Position numbers and translations under genes: made by a program. From a virus (Duplodnaviria; Caudoviricetes), in the IMG/VR virus record IMGVR_UViG_3300044960_000205, positions 1-40,989 of that record: DNA of 40,989 nt; one strand, written 5' to 3'. The notes under the pieces were generated by a model. It saw only the letters and a program-made list of their open reading frames with translations, did no database searches and had not been told where the DNA came from. This document shows positions 6,616 to 15,733 of this stretch, one piece after another. Every line of letters starts with the position of its first letter. Position 1 is the stretch's first letter.

Positions 6616-8529
6616 TTAAAACTTATTCAAAAATGGGCCAAGCAAGGTATCCATTGGGATTCGGTTGTTATTAACCCATGCGCCTGATAGCCCCGCGGCA
6701 GTTGTGCTGTTGTTCGGAACACAGAATACTCGACCATCTGGCAAAAGAACGCCTCCAACGAATGCGCCGGAACCTGGGTAGGTTCCATTTGGTGTTGATA
6801 AGGTATTCGTAGATGGATCGTAGATACGGGCACTTGTGCTGTTGTTCGAAACACAGAATACTCGACCATCTGGCAAAAGAACGCCTCCAACGAATGCGCC
6901 GGAACCTGGGTAGAGTCCGTTTGGTGTTGAGAATGTGTCCGTAGATGGATCGTAGATACGGGCACTTGTGCTGCTGTGTGGAACACAGAATACTCGACCA
7001 TCTGGCAAAAGAACGCCTCCAGCGAATGCGCCGGAACCTGGGTAGACTCCAGATGGTGTTGATAATGTGTCCGTAGATGGATTGTAGATACGGGCACTTG
7101 TGCTGCTGTGTGGAACACAGAATACTCGACCATCTGGCAAAAGAACGCCGTCGTAGAATGCGCCGGAACCTGGGTAGGTTCCACTAAAAGTAATTCTTGT
7201 GTCTTTCAGGGGGATTCCTGGATTCGCGGATATGGCTTTTGTTAGCGTTTTTAGAATTGTTTTCCTTGCATCTGGGTTTCCTGGATTATAAGTTGTCCAC
7301 CCCGTAACTTGTAGAGCACTCGTGTATCGTACCCGGGGGGAAGCTACTCCACGTTCTCCAATAGGTTGGACCAATTTTGGTGCAGTACTCCATACACCAG
7401 CAGTTGTTTGGATTGAGCGCAACAACCCAACTACACGGTACGCAACATCAATTCGTTCCGACGCGGAGTAAATGACACCTAAAGAATCTGAACTTGTGTT
7501 GATGGCGGTAGTTGAAATAAGTTCCATTTCATCCAACCACTCACCACTTGGGGAGCATACCACCGCAAGCTCTATTATCCCTGCGTTATTAATCGCAAGA
7601 ACATAGATGTTTGATTCTGCGTTGTTGATTGTGCCAAGAGTTGCACCGGACGGAACAGTAAGCGAAATCTGTGAATTGATAGCTATAGTTACTGGACTAC
7701 CATCAGTCAGCGTGGTGCTTCGGAAAGAAATAGTACATGGATTGAGTTTAATTGTGAGAGAATTTGAAGCAACAGACGCTTCAATGGAAATACTTGAAAT
7801 TCCAACACCAAGCGTCCCCCTCGCCGTCGCCGCGTCGGGGTCGTCGAGGAGGGTCTTGGCGAAGTTTGAGACGCCAAGGTTGGTCAGCGCACCGCTCGCA
7901 GTGGTGGCACCCGTTCCCCCGCTGGAGATGGCAAGCGGGAGGTTCAGGCTGTCTACAGCGGCCTGCGCCGCCGCAGCAGAGTTCGCGGCATTGCTCGCCG
8001 AGTTGGCCGCGCTGGTGGCAGAGGCTGCGGCGCTGGTTGCGGAAGTTGCCGCGTTGGAGGCTGAGCTGGATGCGTTTGACGCAGCCTGGAAGATGTCGTT
8101 GATGAGTTGGTCTGGCGATGTGCTGCTGGAGATTTGTACTTTCACTGCCCGGTTGACCTTCTCGGCCAGTTGTTGGGCCAAGATGGTTAGACGATCGAGT
8201 GCGCTGTTGATTATCTGCGGGTAAAACCCGCCCTGGTTGGTCAGGTCGAGCGGTTGCAGACTGGCCACCTTGCTCGTGATGGTGAGCTTGTAGCCTGTCT
8301 GCAACGCGGCCGGTAGAGTGACGGTTCCGCCTGGTGACGTGTCCTGGTTGGGATTCAGGCTGACGCTGTAGTCCGAGCCGAGCGTGAGTTCGGTTTCTAC
8401 TCCCTGCGGGTTAGTACGGACAACGAGAACGTCAGACGTTGAGAAAACCTTGAAATCAAACGGGAAATTCGTGGTAGAATCGTTTCCCAGGAACGGCCCC
8501 GCCTTGCGAATTTCTGACGAGATGGTCAT
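6616..8529 (-). CDS. Tail fibre / receptor-binding protein with C-terminal Kelch-like repeats
   Basis: T7-gp17-like anchor (FPFDFKVF...ALDRLTILAQQL), Ala/Ser stalk, GGTGATTA motif and 44-aa repeats. Confidence 0.88.
   Translation of the reverse strand: MTISSEIRKAGPFLGNDSTTNFPFDFKVFSTSDVLVVRTNPQGVETELTLGSDYSVSLNPNQDTSPGGTVTLPAALQTGYKLTITSKVASLQPLDLTNQGGFYPQIINSALDRLTILAQQLAEKVNRAVKVQISSSTSPDQLINDIFQAASNASSSASNAATSATSAAASATSAANSASNAANSAAAAQAAVDSLNLPLAISSGGTGATTASGALTNLGVSNFAKTLLDDPDAATARGTLGVGISSISIEASVASNSLTIKLNPCTISFRSTTLTDGSPVTIAINSQISLTVPSGATLGTINNAESNIYVLAINNAGIIELAVVCSPSGEWLDEMELISTTAINTSSDSLGVIYSASERIDVAYRVVGLLRSIQTTAGVWSTAPKLVQPIGERGVASPRVRYTSALQVTGWTTYNPGNPDARKTILKTLTKAISANPGIPLKDTRITFSGTYPGSGAFYDGVLLPDGRVFCVPHSSTSARIYNPSTDTLSTPSGVYPGSGAFAGGVLLPDGRVFCVPHSSTSARIYDPSTDTFSTPNGLYPGSGAFVGGVLLPDGRVFCVSNNSTSARIYDPSTNTLSTPNGTYPGSGAFVGGVLLPDGRVFCVPNNSTTAAGLSGAWVNNNRIPMDTLLGPFLNKF
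6701..7183 (-). repeat. About 3.7 near-identical 132-bp (44-aa) tandem repeats in the tail fibre tip
   Basis: ACAGAATACTCGACCATCTGGCAAAAGAACGCC recurs at 6721, 6853, 6985 and 7117. Confidence 0.95.
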
Positions 8530-8572
8530 TAGAAGCCCCCAAAGCTCTGCTGCACCAGTATTTTAGCATCAA

Positions 8573-11500
8573 TCAGCGCCTTTCACGAAACCCAAACACC
8601 ACGGCCGCCGGGTTTTCTGTTTCGCCTTCCGACAGCGCTTGAATGCCCGTCACTGTGCGGTTGATCTGGGCGGCCGGCAGCCCGAACAAGCTCCCGGAAA
8701 GATTGATGGCCGCCTTGCGGAAGGCATCATCAAGCTCACCCTGTGCGGCCTGCACGGTGAACTTGTACGTGTCGCCGAACAACCGCAGCCCAGCCGGGCC
8801 TTGGTAGCCGAACCCCTGTCCGGCCATGGCCTCTACGGCGGGGACGACCTCGCGAACGAAGGCAATGCCGCCGAGCGGATAGCTGATTTGCTCCGCTAGG
8901 AACTTCTTCAGCTTTTCCTCATCATCGTCACCAGAGTCGCCGGGGACAATCAGTTCCTTGGTCAGCATGTTCACGAGCACCGGCACGGTGAAGACCATCA
9001 CCATGTCCATGAGGCGCACGCCGGCACTGCGCCCGGTTTTGATGGACAGGTAAGCCAGGTTCGTGCCGGTGTTTTGGAAGTTGAAGAACGTCGTGAAAAG
9101 CTTCGCCATCGCTCCTCCGCGCTCGATGGCGGACAGATCGACGATTTCGCCGCCGCCCTGGGAGTCGCGCACCACCTGGTCGGCGATGGCGCGGGCTTCC
9201 TCTTCTGCGATTGCCGGGTTGTCGGCGAACGCTTTCTCGTAGCCCGCGCGCCAGGAAATGGTGTCGGCGATGAGCTGCGTACGGATGATGCCCCACATCA
9301 TCCACGGTGCCATGCGCTCGCGTAAGCCTTCCACGCGGACGGCGTTCCTGATCTCGTTGAGTTCCCGGAAGCGGGTGCGTGCGCGGTTACGCATGAAGGC
9401 GGACGCTTCCATCATTTCCTGCACGGCTCGCTTTGGATTGGCTGCGAAGTACAACAAGCCGCGCCACACCCACTTCGCGCCTTCCAAGCCACCGCCAAGC
9501 CGGGTAACCGTGTTCGCGATGCCGAATGGTTGCTGTAGCCAGCTCGTGACGTTGAGCCCCAATCCGGCTAGAGTGACGTTCTTGCGGATGAATGCGCTTG
9601 CCGCCTCGAACCCATCGGCCACGCGCTGCGATCCAATGATAATGTCAGACACCCACCGCCGCACCTGACGCAGCTCCTCATCGCCATAGTGCTCGCGAAT
9701 GGCGTCCTGAATGCGCTTCGAGCGCAGCAACCTGCCTGCGTCAATGGCATAGCGCCGGAAGGCCAGGTCGTGGATCACCATGTCGAGGCCGGAATAGAGG
9801 GAGTCCAGCGTGAGTAGGAGCGGCCGGCCCTTGACCTCCTGAAGCCGCTGCTTCGTGAAAGTCTGTCTGGTTGTGGCGTTGGCGCGCACGGCGGCCTTGG
9901 CCATGTCCAGTTCTTGCAGTTCTTCCAGCTCCGCAGCCCGGGTGTTGAGTGCAGGATCGTAAACGATGGGATAGTAACCCCCGCGTAGGGTGACGACTTC
10001 GCCGTCTTTGGATCGGATGGAAATTGGCCTCGGCTGCACCCACTCCGGTTCTTTGCCCTTCGTCTCGCGCTCCAACTCGGCGATCTTCGGCCGGTAGGAG
10101 TCGAGCAAGTCCCAAATCTGCTGCGCGGCCTCAAGCTCGGCCTTGGTGAACGATCCGTCCAAGGCCCGCACAACGTCTTCGAGGGACAGCCCGCGGTATC
10201 CGCCCACCCCGCCGGAGAGAAGACGCTGCGTATTCCCTTCGTTGCCTAAGTTGAGCAGGATGGAAAAGCGGGCCTCCCAGTTAAGGCTCGTGCCCAGGGC
10301 GGGATAGGCCCTTCCCTTGCCGACGCGGTCGGATGCCGGCACGTTCTTGAGTACCGGCTTCAGGATAGCGTTGAGCTTTTCCGTCGCCTCTGCGCGCATA
10401 GCGACCTGCACCTCTTCTGCCTCGTTGGCCGGCATGACGAAATACCGCCACATCGGCCCGCCGTCTTTTCCGCCATCCATGACCAGCGCACGGATGCCCA
10501 TTCGGATATGGTCGGCACCGAACCGCCGCAACGCCTTCGCCACGCGGCTCGCGATGTCCGCCCTGGTTGGGCGCGCTTTTCCGGAGGTTCGTGCGTTGCT
10601 TCGAATTGACTCGGCGATTTCCTCCTTAACCTCATCCAGGGCCTTTTCCGTCTTCGCGGTGAGCAGCCTGTTCTTGAGCCGGCCAAGGTGCTCGATCTGA
10701 CGCACGGTGTCCACCAGGCCCCTGAACTGCTCCAGGGTCATGTTCTTGTAGCTCGTTTTGGCCGAGCGGTCGATGTAATCGGCCAGGAGCTTTGCGCGCT
10801 CAGCCTCGTCGGCGTATATGTACTCCCCATCCTCGTTGACCATCGTCGTTTCGGCGATGTAACGCTGCCGATCTTCCGGGCTGAGCAGGGTCTCGGCGAT
10901 CTCCGGCACTTCCCCCTCGGCCAGGCGGGCCATAACCCAGGCGCGCAGGGATGTCGTCTTGTCGATGTCGGCCGGGCTTTGCTTGCGCAGATCGTACTTG
11001 ACGAGTAGGGCGCGAATCTGGTTCAAGTAATCCGCGTCGATACCCTTGATGTCGCCGTCGAATTTTTTGAGATAGCGCAGCCCTTTCTCCACCTCGGCCA
11101 GCGCTTCGTGGGCCGCCCGAGCAGCGTAGAGGTTGATGAGCTGGTTGCGCTTCTCCGCCGCCGCCAGATTTACGTTGCCGGCTTTGAAGGCCTCCAGCGA
11201 TGCCTTCGCTGCCTTGACTTCGGCCGCGGCAAAACGCCCAGGCGAGATGGCGCGCACCTTGAGACGGGCGATCGTTTCCGCCGCATACGCCTTTGCCGCC
11301 TGAATGAGCACCTTTGGCTTTCCTATCGCTTTCAGCAAGGCGTTGACTTCTGTAGCCACGAAGCGCGCCCGTATGTCGTTGTGGACGGCTTTGTCCGCCG
11401 CCTTTTCAATAGCTTCTGGGCTGGCCAGGTCGCCGTAGCGTTCCAACATCCGAACGTCGGTGAGCGCTTCGATGGCCTCTTTTGGCGGTTCCGCCGCCGC

Positions 11501-14500
11501 CAGGGCGCGCGCCAGCTCGTCGCCGGACGAGAATCCGAACAGCTCGGCCACAGTATCCGGATGCAGACCGCCTTTTGCGGCGGTCATGCGGCGCGCTTTC
11601 AGCGTATCGACTACCTCGGTTGGTAGGTCCATGGCGAGCAAGCTGTTGATGTCCAAGCGGCCGGCGCCAAGGGCCTGGGGGTTTACTACCTGGTCTCCTG
11701 CCCGTTCGCTGGCGGTTGTGTAGTCATAGGAGGCAGAATACTGCGTGTCGCCCCGCAACTCCGCAAAGAACTTTTCCTCGAACTCGTGGAGGTCCCACTT
11801 ACCATATTCGTCCAGGGTAAGGTAGCCGTATTTGGCCAGCAGCTCGGCCATTGCGTTGATGGACTTGCCACCCTCGCGACGCAACACGTGCTTGCCGAAG
11901 ACGGGCATGGGAATGCGCTCTTTCGGATCAAGCCCCCATTCGGCCTGTACGGCTTCTCTGTCCAAGCCGCCAAGTTTGGCGATGGCGGTGAACAGGGAGT
12001 CCTTGGCCTCGTCTACGGCGTTGGGACTCCGCGTGCGCTGTTCACGCGGCCCGATCTTGTCTTCGCTGGACAGCTTGCCGGTCAGAAATTGCCAGGCCTG
12101 GTAGATCGGCCGGCTCATAACTTCCCGGCGAATGCCGATCCGCACCTCCGCCCGTTTTTCCTTGGCCTCGCGTTGTAGCCGCTTGATGGCTCGGCTGCGT
12201 GCATTGTGCAGCCACCGCATGTCGCGCAGGCTGCGGGTCTGTAGCTCCTCGATGGCCGCAGCGGTGGCCTCCACGCCAAGCGCCTGGTAGGCTGCGAACT
12301 CCTCCGGCGTCATTCCTGCCTGGTCGGGGGAGGCGAACAGCGGCATCATGCTGCGACCTTGCTCGGCGAGCTGAATCTGTTCGTTGGTGGCGAGCATCCG
12401 GTCGAATACTCCGCGCACCTCGTCGGTCAGCTCCACATTGAGCGCCTTGAGGCTTCTATAGACGTGGAGCAACCAGGCGCGGAAGCGCTGGAACAGGCTT
12501 TGCAGTTCAATGCTCGGTGCCTTGCCCTCGAACAGGTAGGCCTCAAAGCCGCGCGCAAACCGCTCGTGATAGGAGCGCTTTTCCTCGAAGTTCAGGGCGT
12601 ACCATTCTTCCAGGCTCTTCAGCCCAAACCAGCGCAGAATTGCGTCCGTGTCCTCCAGCCACTGCCGGCTACCGGGCGCGAGGCCGGCTTCGCCGAAGAT
12701 TTCGGCCTCCTTCTTGATCCGCGCGGCGAGGTCGAAATGCAGCTCCAGGAAGAAATGCCCGGCCTCGTGCAGGAAGGTTGACAGGTCGGCATTCTTGAGC
12801 AGGGTGACCGTGAGGCTCGACGGGTCGAACATTCCGCGCGCCCCACCGCCACCCTGACGCAGGATGTTCGGATTGTCCGGGTCGAACGTGCCGACGTTGC
12901 CGATGGCGGATTTGATCTGCGCAGCGTCGAAAGCCAGATACGTATCACCCTCCACATCAGGTGCGACAATCCCGTCGTAGCCGGCTCGTCTTGCAAGCGC
13001 AGAGATATCCCCAAGGACTGTAGAGTACACGTTGGTCATTGCTAGCGCGTTTTTTGTTTTCTTTTCCTCTTCGATGTACTCGTACGTGCTTTTCCACTGC
13101 TCGTCGCTTATCGGCGGCAAGTTGCGCTCAGCGCGGGACAGATCGACCATCCTACGCCATTCGTCACCAGAGACAGTAGCTGGATTTAGCGGATTCTTCA
13201 GCGACAAGAATACCGGGTATATGGCGGGCGCTGAACGAGCACGCCTACCTGCCGGCGCTTCCGCAAAATACCCGGCCCATTGCGGAGACGCAGTAAAGTA
13301 GAAGCCCTTTCCGATGAACCCAGCATCGCGCAGTCCCGTCTTTTTGAACTCCGAAAACGACGGGGTGGCCGTCCCGTGATACACCACCATCGGCTCGCCG
13401 GTGTCCGGATCGACTACCTTCGACGCGTTGGCTGGGTCATTCTCCCAATCCCCGAACCACGCCTTGAACTCCGGCGTGCGCACCTGTACCCACTGCCCAT
13501 AGGTAAGTTTCGTCTTTCCTTCTGCCCTGGCTTTCTCGTGGGCTTCGCGTCCGCCGTACTTTTGTTCGGTTTCAACGAACGACTTGCTCTGATACAGAAC
13601 GGCGGAGCCGTCGTCCAGAAAACGCAAAGCTCTGAAGCGCTTCGGCGCCTCAACACGGTAGTCCGCGCGCCCGTCGGCAAACTCGTCGTCCAGGATTAAG
13701 AGTTCCGGCCTAACCCGCACAGGGATGGCCACCTCACCGTATCCTGTCGTCGTGTCCTTGGTCGTTGTGAAGTACAGGTCTGGTTCAGCAGCAGAACGCA
13801 ACATCCCTTCTTTACGGATTCGTTCGGCCGCTTCTCTGCTGGTGTGGTGGTACACCGTGACCGTGCCGTCAGCGTTGAGCGGTAACCCAGTAATTGGGTC
13901 GGTGCGGTCTGTTTTTGGGACCTCCCCTTGGTCGAGGACGAACTCCGGCGCAGAAACACTTTGCGCCGCCACCTTGAGCGGATACCGCTGGAAAAGCTCC
14001 TCCGGCGTCGTGCCAAGCCGCGCTGCGGCCACGGCGAAGTAATTGCCAATCAGGGATGCGTAGGCATCGTTCACGGACGGCGTAAAGCGCCCGGTAGCGT
14101 CGAGCTGCGCCTTGATCTGTTCGCGTACCCTTTCTGCGGACTGCTTGAAAGTCTCGTCGCCCTGCTTCTCAGCGATGGCGCGCTCGAACTCTGCGCGCAG
14201 TTCCTGGGCGGCCGGCCCTTGCAAGTAGGCTTTCGCCTCCGCCCGGCTGAAACCTTCGGGATCGGTCTTGAGATGATCGAGCAGGCTCTGCGCATACTCC
14301 GTCGGCGCGATCCTGGCGGTATACTCCTCCACCGGAATGGCGATCTGCCCGCCGGTCTGTACTGCCTCTGTAAGCTGCTCCGCGACAGACGGCGAGACGG
14401 CTGCCACTTGCTCCGCCACACCGCTCTGCATGAGCGCGTTGGCATCGATGTAGACCTGCTGTACAGGGCCGTCTTCCGCCGCTTTGGCGATGAACTGCTC

Positions 14501-15733
14501 GAAGGTTTCCGGGTCGCGCTGAAGCACCTTGCTCGCGGCGGCAAGCTTGTTGAGGTTTTCGATGAGTTCCGCGTCTTTCTGCGCGCGCTGGGCGTTTTCC
14601 AAGGCGCGCTGATAGTTACCTGGCACCTCGACAATGGCGGTTGGTATTTCGGCCACTGCCTCCATAAGGATGTCCCCCGGCTTGTATTCGCCGGTTGCCA
14701 GTTGCGCGCCGGCCTCCCCCGCCGCGCCGCCAGCGGCCTGTATTCCGAGTTCACCCGCCACACGCCCGCCGACGCTGGTAGCGGTGGGCTTTGCTCTGGC
14801 CAGCAACCGACCAGCCAAGCCCGCGGTCAGGGCGTCAAAGACGGCTATCGGGATGCCGCGCTTGAGGGCTTTCTCCCGCGCGGCCTCCATAAACGCCTGG
14901 TCGTTCAGGGCGGCGAGAATCGCCTGCGCGTCGGTGCCGTCCACGCCCTTCTCGCCCATCACGTCTTGAAGGGTGCTGCCGTACTCTACCGCGTAGCTGC
15001 CCAAGGCTGCGCCAAGCGCCGTGCCAAACGGGCTGAACACGGAACCGCTTGCCGCGCCCACCAAGGACGGCACGCTGGCGCCAAGGGATTGCAACGTGGT
15101 TTCCAGTACGGCACGCGGGTTGGCGATAACCTCGGTGAGCGCTTCGCCCATGGTTTTTGCACCACTGATATCCTGCATGCCCCGGGCGATGTTCTCCGGC
15201 ACCGGATAACGCTCAATCTCGCGCTGTTGTTGGGCCAAGCGCACAGCCAACTCAACCGAAGGGTCATAGTCGATGCCGTGCGCCGCAGCCGCGGCCGCCT
15301 GCCGCCGTTCCAGCCCCTTGAAGACGCCCATCTGGTCCAACAACAAAGTCAGCCCACGGCGGCCTTGGGCAAGGCCGCGACGCACCGGCTCGATGATGCC
15401 GCCTAAAAGGCTGCGCTCGATGCCGGATAAGGTTTCCACGTCGTCGTGGGCGATCTTGGCTTTCTCGATGTCTGCCAGCAGGGCGGCCGTGGTCGGCGAT
15501 ACCTTCGCTAAAGAATCGAAGTCAACGGCTCCGATTTCGGCCTGCCTCTTCATTTCCTTCGGCTGGCCGAGCACGGTTTCGACCGGCACGCCCGTTTTGC
15601 GCGCAACGCGCAGCGCATTGGCGTATTCGTCCGGGTCTGTAGACTGCGCTGATACTACGCCGACCTTGGCCTGTGTGGAAAGGCTGTCGGTCAGGACCGC
15701 ATCGACTGCAGCAGCGATATCGTTTTCGTTCAC
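8573..15733 (-). CDS. Giant internal virion (ejection) polyvalent protein with two ADP-ribosyltransferase-like domains and an HExxH motif
   Basis: About 2,386 aa; probable GTG start overlapping the upstream stop. Motifs YHHTS..LYFT, VYHGT..GFYFT..VFLSLKNP..GYDG..QIKSA and FLHEAGH. Confidence 0.8.
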   Translation of the reverse strand: MNENDIAAAVDAVLTDSLSTQAKVGVVSAQSTDPDEYANALRVARKTGVPVETVLGQPKEMKRQAEIGAVDFDSLAKVSPTTAALLADIEKAKIAHDDVETLSGIERSLLGGIIEPVRRGLAQGRRGLTLLLDQMGVFKGLERRQAAAAAAHGIDYDPSVELAVRLAQQQREIERYPVPENIARGMQDISGAKTMGEALTEVIANPRAVLETTLQSLGASVPSLVGAASGSVFSPFGTALGAALGSYAVEYGSTLQDVMGEKGVDGTDAQAILAALNDQAFMEAAREKALKRGIPIAVFDALTAGLAGRLLARAKPTATSVGGRVAGELGIQAAGGAAGEAGAQLATGEYKPGDILMEAVAEIPTAIVEVPGNYQRALENAQRAQKDAELIENLNKLAAASKVLQRDPETFEQFIAKAAEDGPVQQVYIDANALMQSGVAEQVAAVSPSVAEQLTEAVQTGGQIAIPVEEYTARIAPTEYAQSLLDHLKTDPEGFSRAEAKAYLQGPAAQELRAEFERAIAEKQGDETFKQSAERVREQIKAQLDATGRFTPSVNDAYASLIGNYFAVAAARLGTTPEELFQRYPLKVAAQSVSAPEFVLDQGEVPKTDRTDPITGLPLNADGTVTVYHHTSREAAERIRKEGMLRSAAEPDLYFTTTKDTTTGYGEVAIPVRVRPELLILDDEFADGRADYRVEAPKRFRALRFLDDGSAVLYQSKSFVETEQKYGGREAHEKARAEGKTKLTYGQWVQVRTPEFKAWFGDWENDPANASKVVDPDTGEPMVVYHGTATPSFSEFKKTGLRDAGFIGKGFYFTASPQWAGYFAEAPAGRRARSAPAIYPVFLSLKNPLNPATVSGDEWRRMVDLSRAERNLPPISDEQWKSTYEYIEEEKKTKNALAMTNVYSTVLGDISALARRAGYDGIVAPDVEGDTYLAFDAAQIKSAIGNVGTFDPDNPNILRQGGGGARGMFDPSSLTVTLLKNADLSTFLHEAGHFFLELHFDLAARIKKEAEIFGEAGLAPGSRQWLEDTDAILRWFGLKSLEEWYALNFEEKRSYHERFARGFEAYLFEGKAPSIELQSLFQRFRAWLLHVYRSLKALNVELTDEVRGVFDRMLATNEQIQLAEQGRSMMPLFASPDQAGMTPEEFAAYQALGVEATAAAIEELQTRSLRDMRWLHNARSRAIKRLQREAKEKRAEVRIGIRREVMSRPIYQAWQFLTGKLSSEDKIGPREQRTRSPNAVDEAKDSLFTAIAKLGGLDREAVQAEWGLDPKERIPMPVFGKHVLRREGGKSINAMAELLAKYGYLTLDEYGKWDLHEFEEKFFAELRGDTQYSASYDYTTASERAGDQVVNPQALGAGRLDINSLLAMDLPTEVVDTLKARRMTAAKGGLHPDTVAELFGFSSGDELARALAAAEPPKEAIEALTDVRMLERYGDLASPEAIEKAADKAVHNDIRARFVATEVNALLKAIGKPKVLIQAAKAYAAETIARLKVRAISPGRFAAAEVKAAKASLEAFKAGNVNLAAAEKRNQLINLYAARAAHEALAEVEKGLRYLKKFDGDIKGIDADYLNQIRALLVKYDLRKQSPADIDKTTSLRAWVMARLAEGEVPEIAETLLSPEDRQRYIAETTMVNEDGEYIYADEAERAKLLADYIDRSAKTSYKNMTLEQFRGLVDTVRQIEHLGRLKNRLLTAKTEKALDEVKEEIAESIRSNARTSGKARPTRADIASRVAKALRRFGADHIRMGIRALVMDGGKDGGPMWRYFVMPANEAEEVQVAMRAEATEKLNAILKPVLKNVPASDRVGKGRAYPALGTSLNWEARFSILLNLGNEGNTQRLLSGGVGGYRGLSLEDVVRALDGSFTKAELEAAQQIWDLLDSYRPKIAELERETKGKEPEWVQPRPISIRSKDGEVVTLRGGYYPIVYDPALNTRAAELEELQELDMAKAAVRANATTRQTFTKQRLQEVKGRPLLLTLDSLYSGLDMVIHDLAFRRYAIDAGRLLRSKRIQDAIREHYGDEELRQVRRWVSDIIIGSQRVADGFEAASAFIRKNVTLAGLGLNVTSWLQQPFGIANTVTRLGGGLEGAKWVWRGLLYFAANPKRAVQEMMEASAFMRNRARTRFRELNEIRNAVRVEGLRERMAPWMMWGIIRTQLIADTISWRAGYEKAFADNPAIAEEEARAIADQVVRDSQGGGEIVDLSAIERGGAMAKLFTTFFNFQNTGTNLAYLSIKTGRSAGVRLMDMVMVFTVPVLVNMLTKELIVPGDSGDDDEEKLKKFLAEQISYPLGGIAFVREVVPAVEAMAGQGFGYQGPAGLRLFGDTYKFTVQAAQGELDDAFRKAAINLSGSLFGLPAAQINRTVTGIQALSEGETENPAAVVFGFRERR

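Noticed and set aside
7960-8090. Ala/Ser/Asn low-complexity repeat in the tail fibre
   Set aside because: An ordinary coiled-coil stalk found in many phage fibres.
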